A stretch of DNA of 64,000 nt from Phycisphaerales bacterium (GTDB taxonomy: Bacteria > Planctomycetota > Phycisphaerae > Phycisphaerales > UBA1924). A program made the translations under genes and the position numbers. The notes beneath the pieces are model-generated. The model saw nothing but the letters and a program-made list of their open reading frames with translations. It had not been told where the DNA came from and made no database searches. The stretch spans positions 6,691-70,690 of the forward strand of contig JAEUJD010000116.1 of the NCBI GenBank assembly GCA_016793015.1, in the 5' to 3' direction. Positions 9,664-19,646 of the stretch are shown here, piece by piece. The first letter of the stretch is position 1. Each line of letters starts with the position of its first letter.

Positions 9664-11115
9664 TTAGAGCAACGTGCCGCGGAGAATCAGGATCGCGGCA
9701 GTGAAGTAGATGATGATGCCGGTGACATCGACGAGCGTGGCAACGAACGGCGTGCTGGAGCCTGCCGGATCGAGCTTGAGCTTCTTGAGCCCAAACGGCA
9801 GCAAGGCGCCCATCACCGATCCCCAGAGGACGACGCCGAAAAGGCTGGTGGAAATCGCCGCGGCAAGCCGGACGTAGTGCTCCTGTACCGACGAGTCGAT
9901 GTATTCGACTCCTGCTGCATCCTTGCGGGTATCGACCCACCAGCCCATGAGTCCCCAGATGCCGACGCGGACGAAGCCGATTGATCCGATGATCAGGCCG
10001 AGCACCGTTGCGACCATGAGCTCGCGCCGGAGAATTCTCCACCAGTCTTTGACGAGCACCTCGCCGGTGCCAAGTGCGCGGATCACAAGGGTGGAACTCT
10101 GCGAGCCGGAGTTGCCGCCGGAAGAGATGATTGCGGGCACAAAGATGGAGAGCACCACAACCTTCTGGATCTCGTCGTCGAAGAACCGCAGGGTGTTGCT
10201 CGTCAGGAGTTCGCTCAGGAACAGCAACGCCAGCCACGGAGCGCGCTTCTGGACGAGCGAACGCACGCTCGCCTGTGCGAAGTTTTCATCGAGGGCGGCC
10301 ATGCCGCCGACCTTCTGGATGTCCTCGGTGAATTCCTGCTGCGCGACGTCGGCCACGTCGTCGGCGGTGACGATGCCGATGAGGTTGCCCCGGCTGTCGA
10401 CCACCGGCAGCGCCGTGCGGTCGTAGCGGGCCATCAGTTGAACCGCTTCTTCCTGGGGCTGGTCGGCCCGCAGGGTGACGAAGTTGCGGTTCATCAGGTC
10501 TTCGATCTTGGCCGCGGGGTCGGCGAGGAAGATCTGGCGGAGTCGGAGATCATCGATCAGCTTGCCCGATTCATCCACGACGTAGACGACGTTGATGGTT
10601 TCGGCATCGCGACCGTGCTTGCGGACGTGATCGAGCGCCTGCGCGACGGTCCAATCCGGCTTGATCTTCAGATAGTCGGGCGTCATCAGACGACCGACGG
10701 TGCGGGGCGGGTAACCGAGAATGGCCTGGGTGGTTGCGCGGGTTTGGGGTGAGAGACTGGCGACCACGCGCTCGGCGACGGACTCGGGCAGTTCGTCGAG
10801 CAGGCGTGCCTGGTCGTCCGAGCTCATTCCTTCGATGACGCGGACCGAGCCCTCGGCGCCGAGTTCGTTGATCAGGCGTTCCTGAAACTCCGGCGAGAGG
10901 TAGGCAAACGCCTCGGCGGCGGCATCGCGGGGCATGAAGCGAAAGCCCAGGGCGGCTTCGGCCGGATCGAGGCTTGAGAGGATGTCGGCAACGTCGACCG
11001 GGGGCAGCCCGTGCAGCGCGCTGCGGACCTCGGAGAACGCTCCCTCCTTGATCAGCGCGGCAATATCGGGGGCCAATAGCTCGGCCGTGAGGTTCACAGA
11101 CTGATCAAAGCACAC
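9664..11115 (-). CDS. mgtE: Magnesium transporter MgtE
   Basis: MgtE N-domain, a CBS pair (VDESGKLIDDL, VVDSRGNLIGIVT) and a TM domain with SSGGNSGSQSSTL. Confidence 0.9.
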   Translation of the reverse strand: MCFDQSVNLTAELLAPDIAALIKEGAFSEVRSALHGLPPVDVADILSSLDPAEAALGFRFMPRDAAAEAFAYLSPEFQERLINELGAEGSVRVIEGMSSDDQARLLDELPESVAERVVASLSPQTRATTQAILGYPPRTVGRLMTPDYLKIKPDWTVAQALDHVRKHGRDAETINVVYVVDESGKLIDDLRLRQIFLADPAAKIEDLMNRNFVTLRADQPQEEAVQLMARYDRTALPVVDSRGNLIGIVTADDVADVAQQEFTEDIQKVGGMAALDENFAQASVRSLVQKRAPWLALLFLSELLTSNTLRFFDDEIQKVVVLSIFVPAIISSGGNSGSQSSTLVIRALGTGEVLVKDWWRILRRELMVATVLGLIIGSIGFVRVGIWGLMGWWVDTRKDAAGVEYIDSSVQEHYVRLAAAISTSLFGVVLWGSVMGALLPFGLKKLKLDPAGSSTPFVATLVDVTGIIIYFTAAILILRGTLL

Positions 11116-11154
11116 GGAAGCTTGGGTCGCAACCGGCTTTCCAGCAAAATGAGA

Positions 11155-11871
11155 TCAAAGAGCCAGATCGCCGAGGCCTCGAAGCCCGAGTGGTTCGAGC
11201 GTGAAGAAGGGTTCCGCCGCGGCCGTTCCGATGCGCGAGCCCATAAACGTCACGCCCGCGTCGAGGCGTTCGAGCAGCCCCTTTGCGGCCGGATTCATCT
11301 CAAATTGCGTGCGATAGGCGCCGATCGCGGCGCGGCGCTTGGCCTCGTAGCCCGAGATGTCCATGATGAAAGTCGGGTCGGGCACGCGGCGCAGGTGCGT
11401 GCAGTAGTAGTAAATCAGCCACTTTGGATAGAGCGGGGGCTTGCCGAGGTCGCCGGGCATCGGCTGGCACGTCAGTTTGGCATCGAAACGCGCATCCTCC
11501 ACGATCCGCGTCGTTGCGATGTGGTCCGGGTGGGCATCGAGCGGGTGAGGGCAAAACACGATCGTCGCCTGATGGGCGCGAATCTGACCCGCGACAAGGT
11601 GGCGATTTTCAATCGAGTGTTGGACGCGCCGGTTCGGGAGGTCGAGCAAGGTGCGTGTGATCTGCGGCTTTGGTGCGTCGGGTTGAAGGGCCGCGAGTGC
11701 TGCCCTTGCCTCGCCCAGACGGGTGTCGCGGTCGCCGATCGGGGTCGGGCTGCCGTCGGTCATATCGAGGATGAGGATGCTGTGTCCCTGATCGGCCAGA
11801 CGGGCGATGGTGCCGCCCATGCCCAGTTCCTGGTCATCCGGATGTGGACCAACTACAAGTATGTTCGCCAT
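11155..11871 (-). CDS. PIG-L/LmbE family deacetylase
   Basis: ILVVGPHPDDQELGMGGTIARL and HPDH motifs. Confidence 0.8.
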   Translation of the reverse strand: MANILVVGPHPDDQELGMGGTIARLADQGHSILILDMTDGSPTPIGDRDTRLGEARAALAALQPDAPKPQITRTLLDLPNRRVQHSIENRHLVAGQIRAHQATIVFCPHPLDAHPDHIATTRIVEDARFDAKLTCQPMPGDLGKPPLYPKWLIYYYCTHLRRVPDPTFIMDISGYEAKRRAAIGAYRTQFEMNPAAKGLLERLDAGVTFMGSRIGTAAAEPFFTLEPLGLRGLGDLAL

Positions 11872-11906
11872 TGCTCGTTCCGATCCAGGGTGGCCCTTCT
11901 GGGGTG

Positions 11907-12407
11907 TCAATTGGGATCAGCGCTGCCAGGGTCGGCGGGTACCTGCTCAAAGTTCGGGGCCGGCTTGGCGTTTTCACTCTTTGCCGCCAGCGAGAAGGGG
12001 CCTGTGGCGGGTCTCCAGGGTGGTTGTCCTTGCCACGTGAGTTGGCGAGCCCAGACCCAGACCGGAACGGTGTTGCGAATGGGCGTGGTGACGCGTTGCT
12101 CGACCGGGCTGGGCGTGACGACGAAACTGGGGTTGGGAGGCGAAAGCGAAATGAAGACCTCGGTGCGGCCGCGCTGCTCCATGATCTGATCGAGCGTGAC
12201 GGTCCACCCTCCGATCGGAGGCTGCGCGACGACGGTCCAGAGCGGGCTGGATTCGACCCAGACTTCCGGTCCGGTCCAGGCGTTTGGCGTCTTTTCCGGA
12301 ATGAACCTTCCGGGTCCGCAGGCGACGAGCGCGAGCAGGAGAAGCGCGGCGCCGAAAGGGGCCACGACTTTGCGAGTTTTTCGAGCCATCGGAACGATTC
12401 TGTACAT
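11907..12407 (-). CDS. Hypothetical lipoprotein
   Basis: MARKTRKVVAPFGAALLLLALVAC lipobox signal. The start may be 12407 or 12389. Confidence 0.5.
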   Translation of the reverse strand: MYRIVPMARKTRKVVAPFGAALLLLALVACGPGRFIPEKTPNAWTGPEVWVESSPLWTVVAQPPIGGWTVTLDQIMEQRGRTEVFISLSPPNPSFVVTPSPVEQRVTTPIRNTVPVWVWARQLTWQGQPPWRPATGPFSLAAKSENAKPAPNFEQVPADPGSADPN

Positions 12408-12501
12408 GCGCGAAGATCGTAACCAGTGGCCGCACGCTCGCGGCCGAAAGGACGACCTGTTCGCGCGGAATCTGCCTCTTTCAATCCGGAGTCGTCAAAG
12501 C

Positions 12502-13854
12502 ATGTCTCGCCACTGGATCGCGTGCGTTTCCCGCCTCGGCCTGATCGCCTCGATCGTGCTGGCGTCGACCGGGCTGGGTGGCTGCTCGACGTTCGACAGC
12601 AAGCCCACCGGCCGCCCTGTCGCTTTCCGCGAGGAGCCGGATATTCGGGTGCGGATCAAGAAGAATGTCCTCCAGACCCGGATCGAGGGCCCCAGCCACA
12701 TGGTCATCCGTCCGACGACCGTGGTCCGGGCCGAGGCGGTGACGGGCCCGCTGAGCTTCCGTGGCACCGTAAACGGGATGGTGATGACCGACGGGACCGG
12801 TCATCAGCGGGAATTCGCCCCCGGAACCGATGTGGAAGTGCTGCCACGCGAAATGACCGAGGCGGAAAGGCGATCGAGCGACGGGTATAAGCCCGGCGAC
12901 GCGCTGGTGGTGGATGGGGACACGCATCCCGGCTTCGCGCTTATTCACTCGAAATCCGGCGATGGGGGCGTGCTCGACGTCATCGGCGTGATGCCGATCG
13001 AGACGTATGTGCCGGGCGTGATCAGCCATGAACTGATCTCGAGCTGGCCCCGGCAGACGTTCGAGTGTCAGGCCGTCGCGGCACGCAGCTACGCCCTGCA
13101 CGAGCGCGACCGCTCGCGTCGAACCAACGAGTACTTTGATGTCGAGAGCAACACCAGCGACCAGGTGTTCGGCGGGCTTTCCAGCCTGCCCGTCGCGATC
13201 GAGGCAACCCGGGCGACGCGGGGCGTTGTCATGACGGAAGGTGCGAGCGGACCGGCGGCCCGGGTGCTGCTCCGGACGTATTACTCCTCCACCTGCGGCG
13301 GCGAACAGGCCTCGGCCAAAGACGTCTTCCCGACCGCAGGCCCCAATGCATTCAACCTCGCCAAGCCCCTTCAGGCGCAGAAGCGGGCGCATTTCTGCCA
13401 GAGCGCGGGGCGGTATCGCTGGACCGTGAGGCGAAACGATGCGGAACTCTCCAAGCGGATCCGCGCGTGGGGAACCAACTCTGGGCATCCCGTCAAGGGC
13501 ATGAACCGATTGACCGAATGCAAGGCGCTCGATCGCAACGTCACCGGTCGGCCGATCCGCTATCAACTCACCGACGAACGCGATCAGGTCTTCAAGATCA
13601 GCGCGGAAGAGCTTCGCAATGCCTGCAACTTTGCCGTGCCGGGAGTGACCGAAATCACGAAAGAAACCCGCGTCTACAGCGGCAACCTCGAAATGTCGTT
13701 CGCCTCGGGCGAAGTGATCATCGGGGGCAAGGGCTTCGGACACGGCGTGGGCATGTGCCAGTACTGCGCCAAGGGAATGGCTGAAAAGGGCTGGGATTGG
13801 CCGAGCATGATGAAGTTGTTCTACCCGGGCGCGGGGACGATGAAGGCGTACTGA
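12502..13854 (+). CDS. SpoIID/LytB domain protein
   Basis: Lipoprotein-like signal ...STGLGGC. Motifs YYSSTCGG and GFGHGVGMCQYCA. ATG at 12502 lies inside a longer ORF. Confidence 0.85.
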   Translation: MSRHWIACVSRLGLIASIVLASTGLGGCSTFDSKPTGRPVAFREEPDIRVRIKKNVLQTRIEGPSHMVIRPTTVVRAEAVTGPLSFRGTVNGMVMTDGTGHQREFAPGTDVEVLPREMTEAERRSSDGYKPGDALVVDGDTHPGFALIHSKSGDGGVLDVIGVMPIETYVPGVISHELISSWPRQTFECQAVAARSYALHERDRSRRTNEYFDVESNTSDQVFGGLSSLPVAIEATRATRGVVMTEGASGPAARVLLRTYYSSTCGGEQASAKDVFPTAGPNAFNLAKPLQAQKRAHFCQSAGRYRWTVRRNDAELSKRIRAWGTNSGHPVKGMNRLTECKALDRNVTGRPIRYQLTDERDQVFKISAEELRNACNFAVPGVTEITKETRVYSGNLEMSFASGEVIIGGKGFGHGVGMCQYCAKGMAEKGWDWPSMMKLFYPGAGTMKAY

Positions 13855-13887
13855 GGCGATAGAAACTGTGAGGGCAAGAGCAGGAAA

Positions 13888-14967
13888 CTAGAAACCGGAT
13901 CTGCGATGCCGCAGAACCACTGCTCCAAATATTGAAGCTACTCCGAAGGCGCCTAAATACCATGGCAGGTGACTGGTGGTCGAGGAGGGGCTCGAACTTT
14001 CGGAAGACGGTGTCATTTTTCCGGCCGTCGGAGGCTTGCTATCGTGAGCGGCGGACGAGCTTTTCGCCATCGGAGGATCTTTGGGTATCGCGATTTCAGA
14101 GCTTGTCGATTTTTTGAATTCCGCCGGCACGACGAACATCGAGTTGTCAAGTCGTGTCGGAAAATCGATGCTCTTGACCAGGGTTTCGCTGCCGCGGGTG
14201 ATCTTGTCGTCGATTGTCGAGTGCTTCGAATGAATATCAAATGTCTCCCGTCGCCACCAGTTGGTTCGCTTAAACGGAACGACTACCGCGATTCCGGGTA
14301 CGGCTCGGAAATCATCAAACTCAAAGACTTCTTCCGCAACTCCGTGGTGAACGCCTTTCTCAAGCCGAATCAACCTTGGTCCTAGCGGCCCTTCGTTCGT
14401 GAGCTGAAACCGCTGGCCTGTGCCCTTTATCGTGATCGAGACTGTGCCCTTTCCCGTTTCGACGATGCGATCTTGGTTAGGGGTCGAATCGATAAGTCGA
14501 GCAACAAGCCAAGGCTGAAATTCGGAATGAGGCCAAGCGCCTTCTGCAAAGAGCATCGGCTCCGGAGTCTGAATTAAATCATCTGGTGTTCCGGAAAACA
14601 GAGTAGCATCTGGCCGAAACACTCGCAGAAACACCATCTCGCGCTTCCAATCGGCGAGAGGTTTCGTTGTTCCGGAAGAAAGCGAATTTTCTATGGGCGT
14701 TGGAGATCGATATTGTTCTTGAACGAAACGAAGGCCATCTGGCCATCGCATCAAAATGGTGTCGTCAAAGCGGACTTGAGTGGTGTCGTTTTTGCCTTCG
14801 ATGACGGGTCGCCCGACGGTCGTTTGAACAAGTCGAACACAATCAAATTTCTTGTTCTCGGCAATCCATTCAATCCACCAGTTCGCTTTTTCTCCAGCAG
14901 CAACAGCCTCAACTGCCGTAAAGCTGCAAGCAATGAGTAACGCAGTTGTGAGCGTCGATCCGCGCAT
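13888..14967 (-). CDS. Hypothetical secreted protein with C-terminal TM anchor (cassette 1, large subunit)
   Basis: Signal peptide, Ser/Pro-rich stalk, then LGAFGVASIFGAVVLRHRRSGF. The ATG overlaps the upstream stop (TGATG); an alternative GTG lies at 14979. Visibly lower G+C than the flanks. Confidence 0.55.
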   Translation of the reverse strand: MRGSTLTTALLIACSFTAVEAVAAGEKANWWIEWIAENKKFDCVRLVQTTVGRPVIEGKNDTTQVRFDDTILMRWPDGLRFVQEQYRSPTPIENSLSSGTTKPLADWKREMVFLRVFRPDATLFSGTPDDLIQTPEPMLFAEGAWPHSEFQPWLVARLIDSTPNQDRIVETGKGTVSITIKGTGQRFQLTNEGPLGPRLIRLEKGVHHGVAEEVFEFDDFRAVPGIAVVVPFKRTNWWRRETFDIHSKHSTIDDKITRGSETLVKSIDFPTRLDNSMFVVPAEFKKSTSSEIAIPKDPPMAKSSSAAHDSKPPTAGKMTPSSESSSPSSTTSHLPWYLGAFGVASIFGAVVLRHRRSGF

Positions 14968-15425
14968 CAGACTTCGCACGTGCAGCAGACGGGATTGTTT
15001 CCCGGGCAGCTGATAGGGTTCTTGAGACGTGGAACATTGTACGCGGGTTCTACCGTGCCTGTGCTAATGACGCTTGAACTGCATCTGGTGCCGCCCATTC
15101 CGTCTGATACGCAGTCGTATTTCTTGAACGAAACCCTTTCACTGCTTGGAGTCGGATTGCCGCAAGACTTAAGTCCATTGACCCCAGGGTCCACCGCTCC
15201 GCATGTATCTCCGTTAGGCGTCGTCCATTCACGGCACGTACACGGCGTAGAAGAAGAATTGGGTTCTGCCGGAATTTTGGTGTCCAAATTCACGATTTTG
15301 TCCCGACAATCTGGGTTGGTCGGTTGTCCATTGCACGGGGGGTCACTGTAAACCGGCTGGCCCAATGCGATTCCAACGCAGATCAAACCGCCTAAAATTG
15401 GAGTGATTTCGCGTATTCGAGACAT
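14967..15425 (-). CDS. Small Cys-rich secreted protein (cassette 1)
   Basis: Signal peptide MSRIREITPILGGLICVGIALG. Many Cys in the mature part (PPCNG, NPDC, PCTC, ... CPGNNPVCCTCEV). AAGGGG/GAGG lies upstream of the ATG. Confidence 0.55.
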   Translation of the reverse strand: MSRIREITPILGGLICVGIALGQPVYSDPPCNGQPTNPDCRDKIVNLDTKIPAEPNSSSTPCTCREWTTPNGDTCGAVDPGVNGLKSCGNPTPSSERVSFKKYDCVSDGMGGTRCSSSVISTGTVEPAYNVPRLKNPISCPGNNPVCCTCEV

Positions 15426-15513
15426 CCTCAACCCCTTTGTTGAAAAACTGTCGGTTTCCTAGTACGCTTTATCAGGCTACGGAAATGAAAGTAGTCTGTC
15501 AAGAGTACATGAG

Positions 15514-16281
15514 ATGCCCAAGCCATTAAATTTTCGAAAGGCCTTTACGCTCGTTGAACTGTTCGCAGTGATTGGAGTAGTCTGCCTGTTGCTCGCGCTA
15601 TCTTTGCCGCTGTTGGCTGCTTCTCGTCAACGGGCATTAGAGCTAAAGTGCCGACTTAATGTGGCGCAACTTGGCAGCTTGGTTGTGATGTATTCCGTCG
15701 ACTTCAAAAATTATTATCCGACATGGGTGACTGATGGCGCGTCAACAGCTACACACCCGGAACGCTGGAAGGCCTATGCCATGCAAGGTGCGCGTTTGTT
15801 TAACACCGAAAGATGGCTTTCGTATTCAGATTGTGGCTCGGATCAACCGTTGTATAGATGCCCGGCAAATCGGGAATTTCGGGTTCTCGGTGCCAAGGCG
15901 CAATTTGACTACTACGGCGGCGGTTCCATGTATGCTGATCCTGCATTTCTTGATCCAGATCAATCACCTTCTACCTGGAAAAATCGGTTCATCGGGCGCG
16001 CGCAAACCATAGATTCTGTTCGCTTTCCTTCGTCGAAAATCGGACTTTTTGAATTATTTGTTTGGCACGGGTGGCGCGGCGCATATTCAGCAACGGGGTC
16101 TTGGTCGACAGATAGCCTCTCAATGTTTACTTCAGATCGGCCTTTTTCAGCTTGGTATTTCGATGGGAGTGTTGGTTCACTTGCATTTTCGCAGGCTCTA
16201 GGAGGAGTCGACCGCGCCCCCGATTGGTATTCAGAAGCAGTATGGCTCACTGCGTTCGGATCTCGCGGGCGCGACAAATAG
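15514..16281 (+). CDS. Pseudopilin-like protein with prepilin-type N-terminal cleavage/methylation motif (cassette 1)
   Basis: MPKPLNFRKAFTLVELFAVIGVVCLLLALSLP. C-terminal WYFDGSVGSL resembles the DG motif of the planctomycete DUF1559-type family (from memory). Confidence 0.75.
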   Translation: MPKPLNFRKAFTLVELFAVIGVVCLLLALSLPLLAASRQRALELKCRLNVAQLGSLVVMYSVDFKNYYPTWVTDGASTATHPERWKAYAMQGARLFNTERWLSYSDCGSDQPLYRCPANREFRVLGAKAQFDYYGGGSMYADPAFLDPDQSPSTWKNRFIGRAQTIDSVRFPSSKIGLFELFVWHGWRGAYSATGSWSTDSLSMFTSDRPFSAWYFDGSVGSLAFSQALGGVDRAPDWYSEAVWLTAFGSRGRDK

Positions 16282-16301
16282 GAGAGCTTGGCCGTGGCTT
16301 G

Positions 16302-16901
16302 TCAGCCCAGCAAATCAATAACCATCCCCGCGATGATCTGATCCGCCGACTTGTTGATGTTGTCGAGGATCTTGCTCGTCTGCTGAAATGACGTGTAGAG
16401 CTGAGCGGCCTTGAAGAGCCGGACGCCCTCGGTTCGCAGTTTGCGTTCGGATTGCACGACATCGGGCACCTCGGGCATCGACGCGACCTGCGATGCGAGC
16501 CGTGCCGCGGCCTGGCTGCTCTCCCGATTCTGCTTCGTCAGGTACAGATCGAATGGCGTGCGCGGCGGGTTGGTCAGCAGCGCACGGAGGTACTCGTTCT
16601 GCGAGAGCAGGACGACATCAATCGGCGCCTGCGTACCCCGAGCCACAACCGGCGTCGTTGTGCCGTCATTTCGAATGACGGCCGGAACGAGCGTCGATCC
16701 CTGTTCAACTCTGTTCACCGGCGGGAGCACGCGAAGCCTTCTTTCAACGGCTATGCCAGAAACCGTGCGGCCGGGGCTGCTCCGATAAAGGGCGGCTCCT
16801 GGGCCGCCACGCCCGCGAGGCGGTCGAATCCTTCGGAGTGGCCGGTTCCGTCTGTGACGCCTGTGGCGGATTGGAAACGCAGCAGGTGGGACGTTGACCA
16901 C
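16302..16901 (-). CDS. Hypothetical protein (Arg-rich N-terminus)
   Basis: High third-position G+C in the C-terminal two thirds. A GTG at 16901 lies 8 nt after GGAGG. The start is very uncertain and no family was recognised. Confidence 0.35.
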   Translation of the reverse strand: MVNVPPAAFPIRHRRHRRNRPLRRIRPPRGRGGPGAALYRSSPGRTVSGIAVERRLRVLPPVNRVEQGSTLVPAVIRNDGTTTPVVARGTQAPIDVVLLSQNEYLRALLTNPPRTPFDLYLTKQNRESSQAAARLASQVASMPEVPDVVQSERKLRTEGVRLFKAAQLYTSFQQTSKILDNINKSADQIIAGMVIDLLG

Positions 16902-16926
16902 ACGCAACACCTCCAAAGATCGCTCC

Positions 16927-18078
16927 GTGCTACGGACGAGCGAACTCGAATACGAACTGCCGGAAGACCGGATTGCCATTGAACCGGCATCGCCCCGCGA
17001 TGCCGCGCAGCTCATGGTGGTGTCCCGCGGAAGCGGGCAGGTGGCAGAGCATGCCCTGGTGCGCGATCTACCCCGGTTCCTGCGGTCGGGCGACGTGCTG
17101 GCCTTCAACACGACCAAGGTCGTGCCGGCCCGCTTGCTGGGCAAGCGAGAGGACACAGGAGGTGCCATCGAAGGGCTCTTTCTCTCCCGATCTCCGGATG
17201 CGTCCGGCGAGCGCTGGACGGTGCTGCTGCGAGCAAAGAAGGTCCGTCCGGGAATGCGATTCGCGCTCGTGGATCGAAGCGGGGGAATCTGCGGCGTGGT
17301 GCTTGCCGCGATCGCCAAAGTCGAAGGTGAGGCCGGCGCCTGGATCGTCTCGGTCGAGAACCCAGCCGGAGGCGATGCGCTCGAACGGGCAGGCCACACA
17401 CCCTTGCCTCCATACATCATCAAAGCGCGGGAAAACGCGCACCGGCAACCCGATGAGGCAACCGACCGCGACCGGTATCAGACGGTGTACGCCGACAGCG
17501 CAGGCTCGGTGGCGGCACCGACCGCCGGGCTGCATTTCACCCCCGAGTTGCTCGCGGCACTAGAACAACTGGGGGTGGAGCGGGTGGATGTCACCCTGCA
17601 CGTTGGTACCGGCACGTTTCGGCCAGTTGAGGTCGATGTTGTCGAACAGCATCCCATGCACTCGGAACGATGCGCGATGTCGAAGGATGCGGTTCGGCGC
17701 GTGCTGCGGGCCAAACAAGAGCATCGCCGGGTGATCGCTGTCGGCACCACCAGCGCGCGGACGCTCGAGAGTTTCGGTCAGGCTTGGGAGGGCCTTGTTG
17801 AGGCGGGTGCCGATCGGGGCGAGGCGATTGAGCGGTTGCCGGGGTACCTGGACACCTCGTTGCTCATCACCCCGGGGTATCGGTGGCGCTGGGTTTCGGG
17901 TCTGATGACGAATTTCCACCTGCCTCGCAGCACGCTGCTGGCGATGGTGGGGGCTTTTGTTGAGGCGGATGCCGGCCGGCTCCGGATCGGCCTTGAGGGG
18001 CTGAGGACCCTGTACTCCGAGGCGATTCGCAGGAACTACCGCTTCTACTCCTACGGCGATGCGATGCTGATTCTGTAG
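16927..18078 (+). CDS. queA: S-adenosylmethionine:tRNA ribosyltransferase-isomerase
   Basis: LRTSELEYELPEDRIAIEP, GHTPLPPYI, YQTVYA...GSVAAPTAGLHFT. The start is either GTG 16927 or TTG 16894. Confidence 0.9.
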   Translation: MLRTSELEYELPEDRIAIEPASPRDAAQLMVVSRGSGQVAEHALVRDLPRFLRSGDVLAFNTTKVVPARLLGKREDTGGAIEGLFLSRSPDASGERWTVLLRAKKVRPGMRFALVDRSGGICGVVLAAIAKVEGEAGAWIVSVENPAGGDALERAGHTPLPPYIIKARENAHRQPDEATDRDRYQTVYADSAGSVAAPTAGLHFTPELLAALEQLGVERVDVTLHVGTGTFRPVEVDVVEQHPMHSERCAMSKDAVRRVLRAKQEHRRVIAVGTTSARTLESFGQAWEGLVEAGADRGEAIERLPGYLDTSLLITPGYRWRWVSGLMTNFHLPRSTLLAMVGAFVEADAGRLRIGLEGLRTLYSEAIRRNYRFYSYGDAMLIL

Positions 18079-18185
18079 TGTTCGATCGTCGGCGGTGCGA
18101 ACTGCCTCCGCCTTTGGTGCGGGGAAAGCCGGGGGACCGATATACGATTCGCGCGCCGGATCGGTCGCCGCACGGAGGCTTGGGA

Positions 18186-19508
18186 ATGGATACGTTCGTG
18201 ATCGAGGGTGGTCGGCGCCTGGAGGGCAAGCTCCGGATCAACGGGAGCAAGAACGCGGCGCTGCCGCTGATGTGCGTTCCGCTGCTGACCGACGAGCCGG
18301 TGACGCTCCGCGATGTTCCCAACCTGGCCGACATCCGCAGCCTGCGCAACCTGCTGGCCGAGTTGGGTTGCGTTCAGACCGGCGAACAGCAGGGCATGAT
18401 GCGTCTGCACACGCAGGACCCGACCAAGAGCCATGCCCGGTACGAGATCGTCCGGACGATGCGCGCCAGCATAAGCACGCTCGGGCCCATGGTTGCCAAG
18501 CGCGGGTACGCCAAGGTTTCCATGCCCGGCGGCTGCGCAATCGGCGATCGCCCGGTGGACCTTCACCTGCGCGGGCTGGCGGCGCTCGGTGCCGAAATCA
18601 CGCTTGATGGTGGCGACATCATCGCCAAGGCCCCCCGAAAAGGCCTGCAGGGGGCGACGATCTTCCTGGGCGGGCAGTTCGGTTCAACGGTGCTGGGCAC
18701 GGCAAACGTGCTCTGTGCCGCGACGCTTGCAAAGGGAACCACGGTCATCGAATCGGCCGCATGCGAGCCGGAAATCGTCGATCTGGCCAACCTGCTCATC
18801 AAGATGGGTGCGCGGATCACCGGGCACGGCTCTCCGCGACTCATCGTCGAGGGCGTTGAGAAACTCTCCGGCGTTGATTACACCGTGATGGCCGATCGCA
18901 TTGAGGCGGGCACGTTCATGCTTGCCGCGGCAATCACCAACGGCGACATCACGCTCGAAAACTGCCCGATCGACGCCATGCTCGTCGTCAAGGACAAGCT
19001 GAACGCGATGGGTATCCAGCTCGCGGTGACCGGCAGCGATCTGCTCCGCGCCACCGTTCGGGTCACCAGCGCCCGCACGCTCAAGCCGGTCGAGTTCACG
19101 ACCCAGCCTCACCCCGGCTTCCCGACGGACCTGCAGGCCCAGATGATGGCCACCCTCACACTGGCGGACGGAAACAGCGTGATCACCGAGCGGATTTTCC
19201 CGGAACGGTTCATGCACGTTGCCGAGCTTTCCCGCATGGGTGCCCGGCTGATGCGACAGGGGCCCACGGTGATCGTCAGCGGGGTTCGCAAGCTTGTCGG
19301 GGCACCGGTCATGGCGAGCGATTTGCGAGCGAGCGCCGGGCTGGTCTTGGCCGGAATGGCCGCGGAAGGCACCACCACGCTGAATCGCGTCTACCACCTG
19401 GATCGCGGCTACGAGAGGATGGAAGACCGGTTGACCTCACTCGGGGCCAACATCCGGCGGGTTGACGACAAGGACCTGCCCAGCCATCTCACCGGCGGCG
19501 CGGATTAG
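18186..19508 (+). CDS. murA: UDP-N-acetylglucosamine 1-carboxyvinyltransferase
   Basis: MDTFVIEGGRRLEGKLRINGSKNAALPLM. Catalytic-loop GGCAIGDRPVDLHL. Confidence 0.95.
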   Translation: MDTFVIEGGRRLEGKLRINGSKNAALPLMCVPLLTDEPVTLRDVPNLADIRSLRNLLAELGCVQTGEQQGMMRLHTQDPTKSHARYEIVRTMRASISTLGPMVAKRGYAKVSMPGGCAIGDRPVDLHLRGLAALGAEITLDGGDIIAKAPRKGLQGATIFLGGQFGSTVLGTANVLCAATLAKGTTVIESAACEPEIVDLANLLIKMGARITGHGSPRLIVEGVEKLSGVDYTVMADRIEAGTFMLAAAITNGDITLENCPIDAMLVVKDKLNAMGIQLAVTGSDLLRATVRVTSARTLKPVEFTTQPHPGFPTDLQAQMMATLTLADGNSVITERIFPERFMHVAELSRMGARLMRQGPTVIVSGVRKLVGAPVMASDLRASAGLVLAGMAAEGTTTLNRVYHLDRGYERMEDRLTSLGANIRRVDDKDLPSHLTGGAD

Positions 19509-19646
19509 GCGGAAACTCGCCCTCAACTGAGCCGTCCAATGGTTCCGAATCGGGGCAGGAAGCCCGCGAACTCGTTCGCATCCTGTCCGTATGATTGGCG
19601 GAACGGGGGTCTTCCACACCCGTTCACTTGTGTGCAGGAGCCAGCA

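Noticed and set aside
11116-11154. M-box (Mg) riboswitch upstream of mgtE.
   Set aside because: Only 39 nt separate mgtE from the upstream gene, which is far too short for an M-box of about 160 nt.
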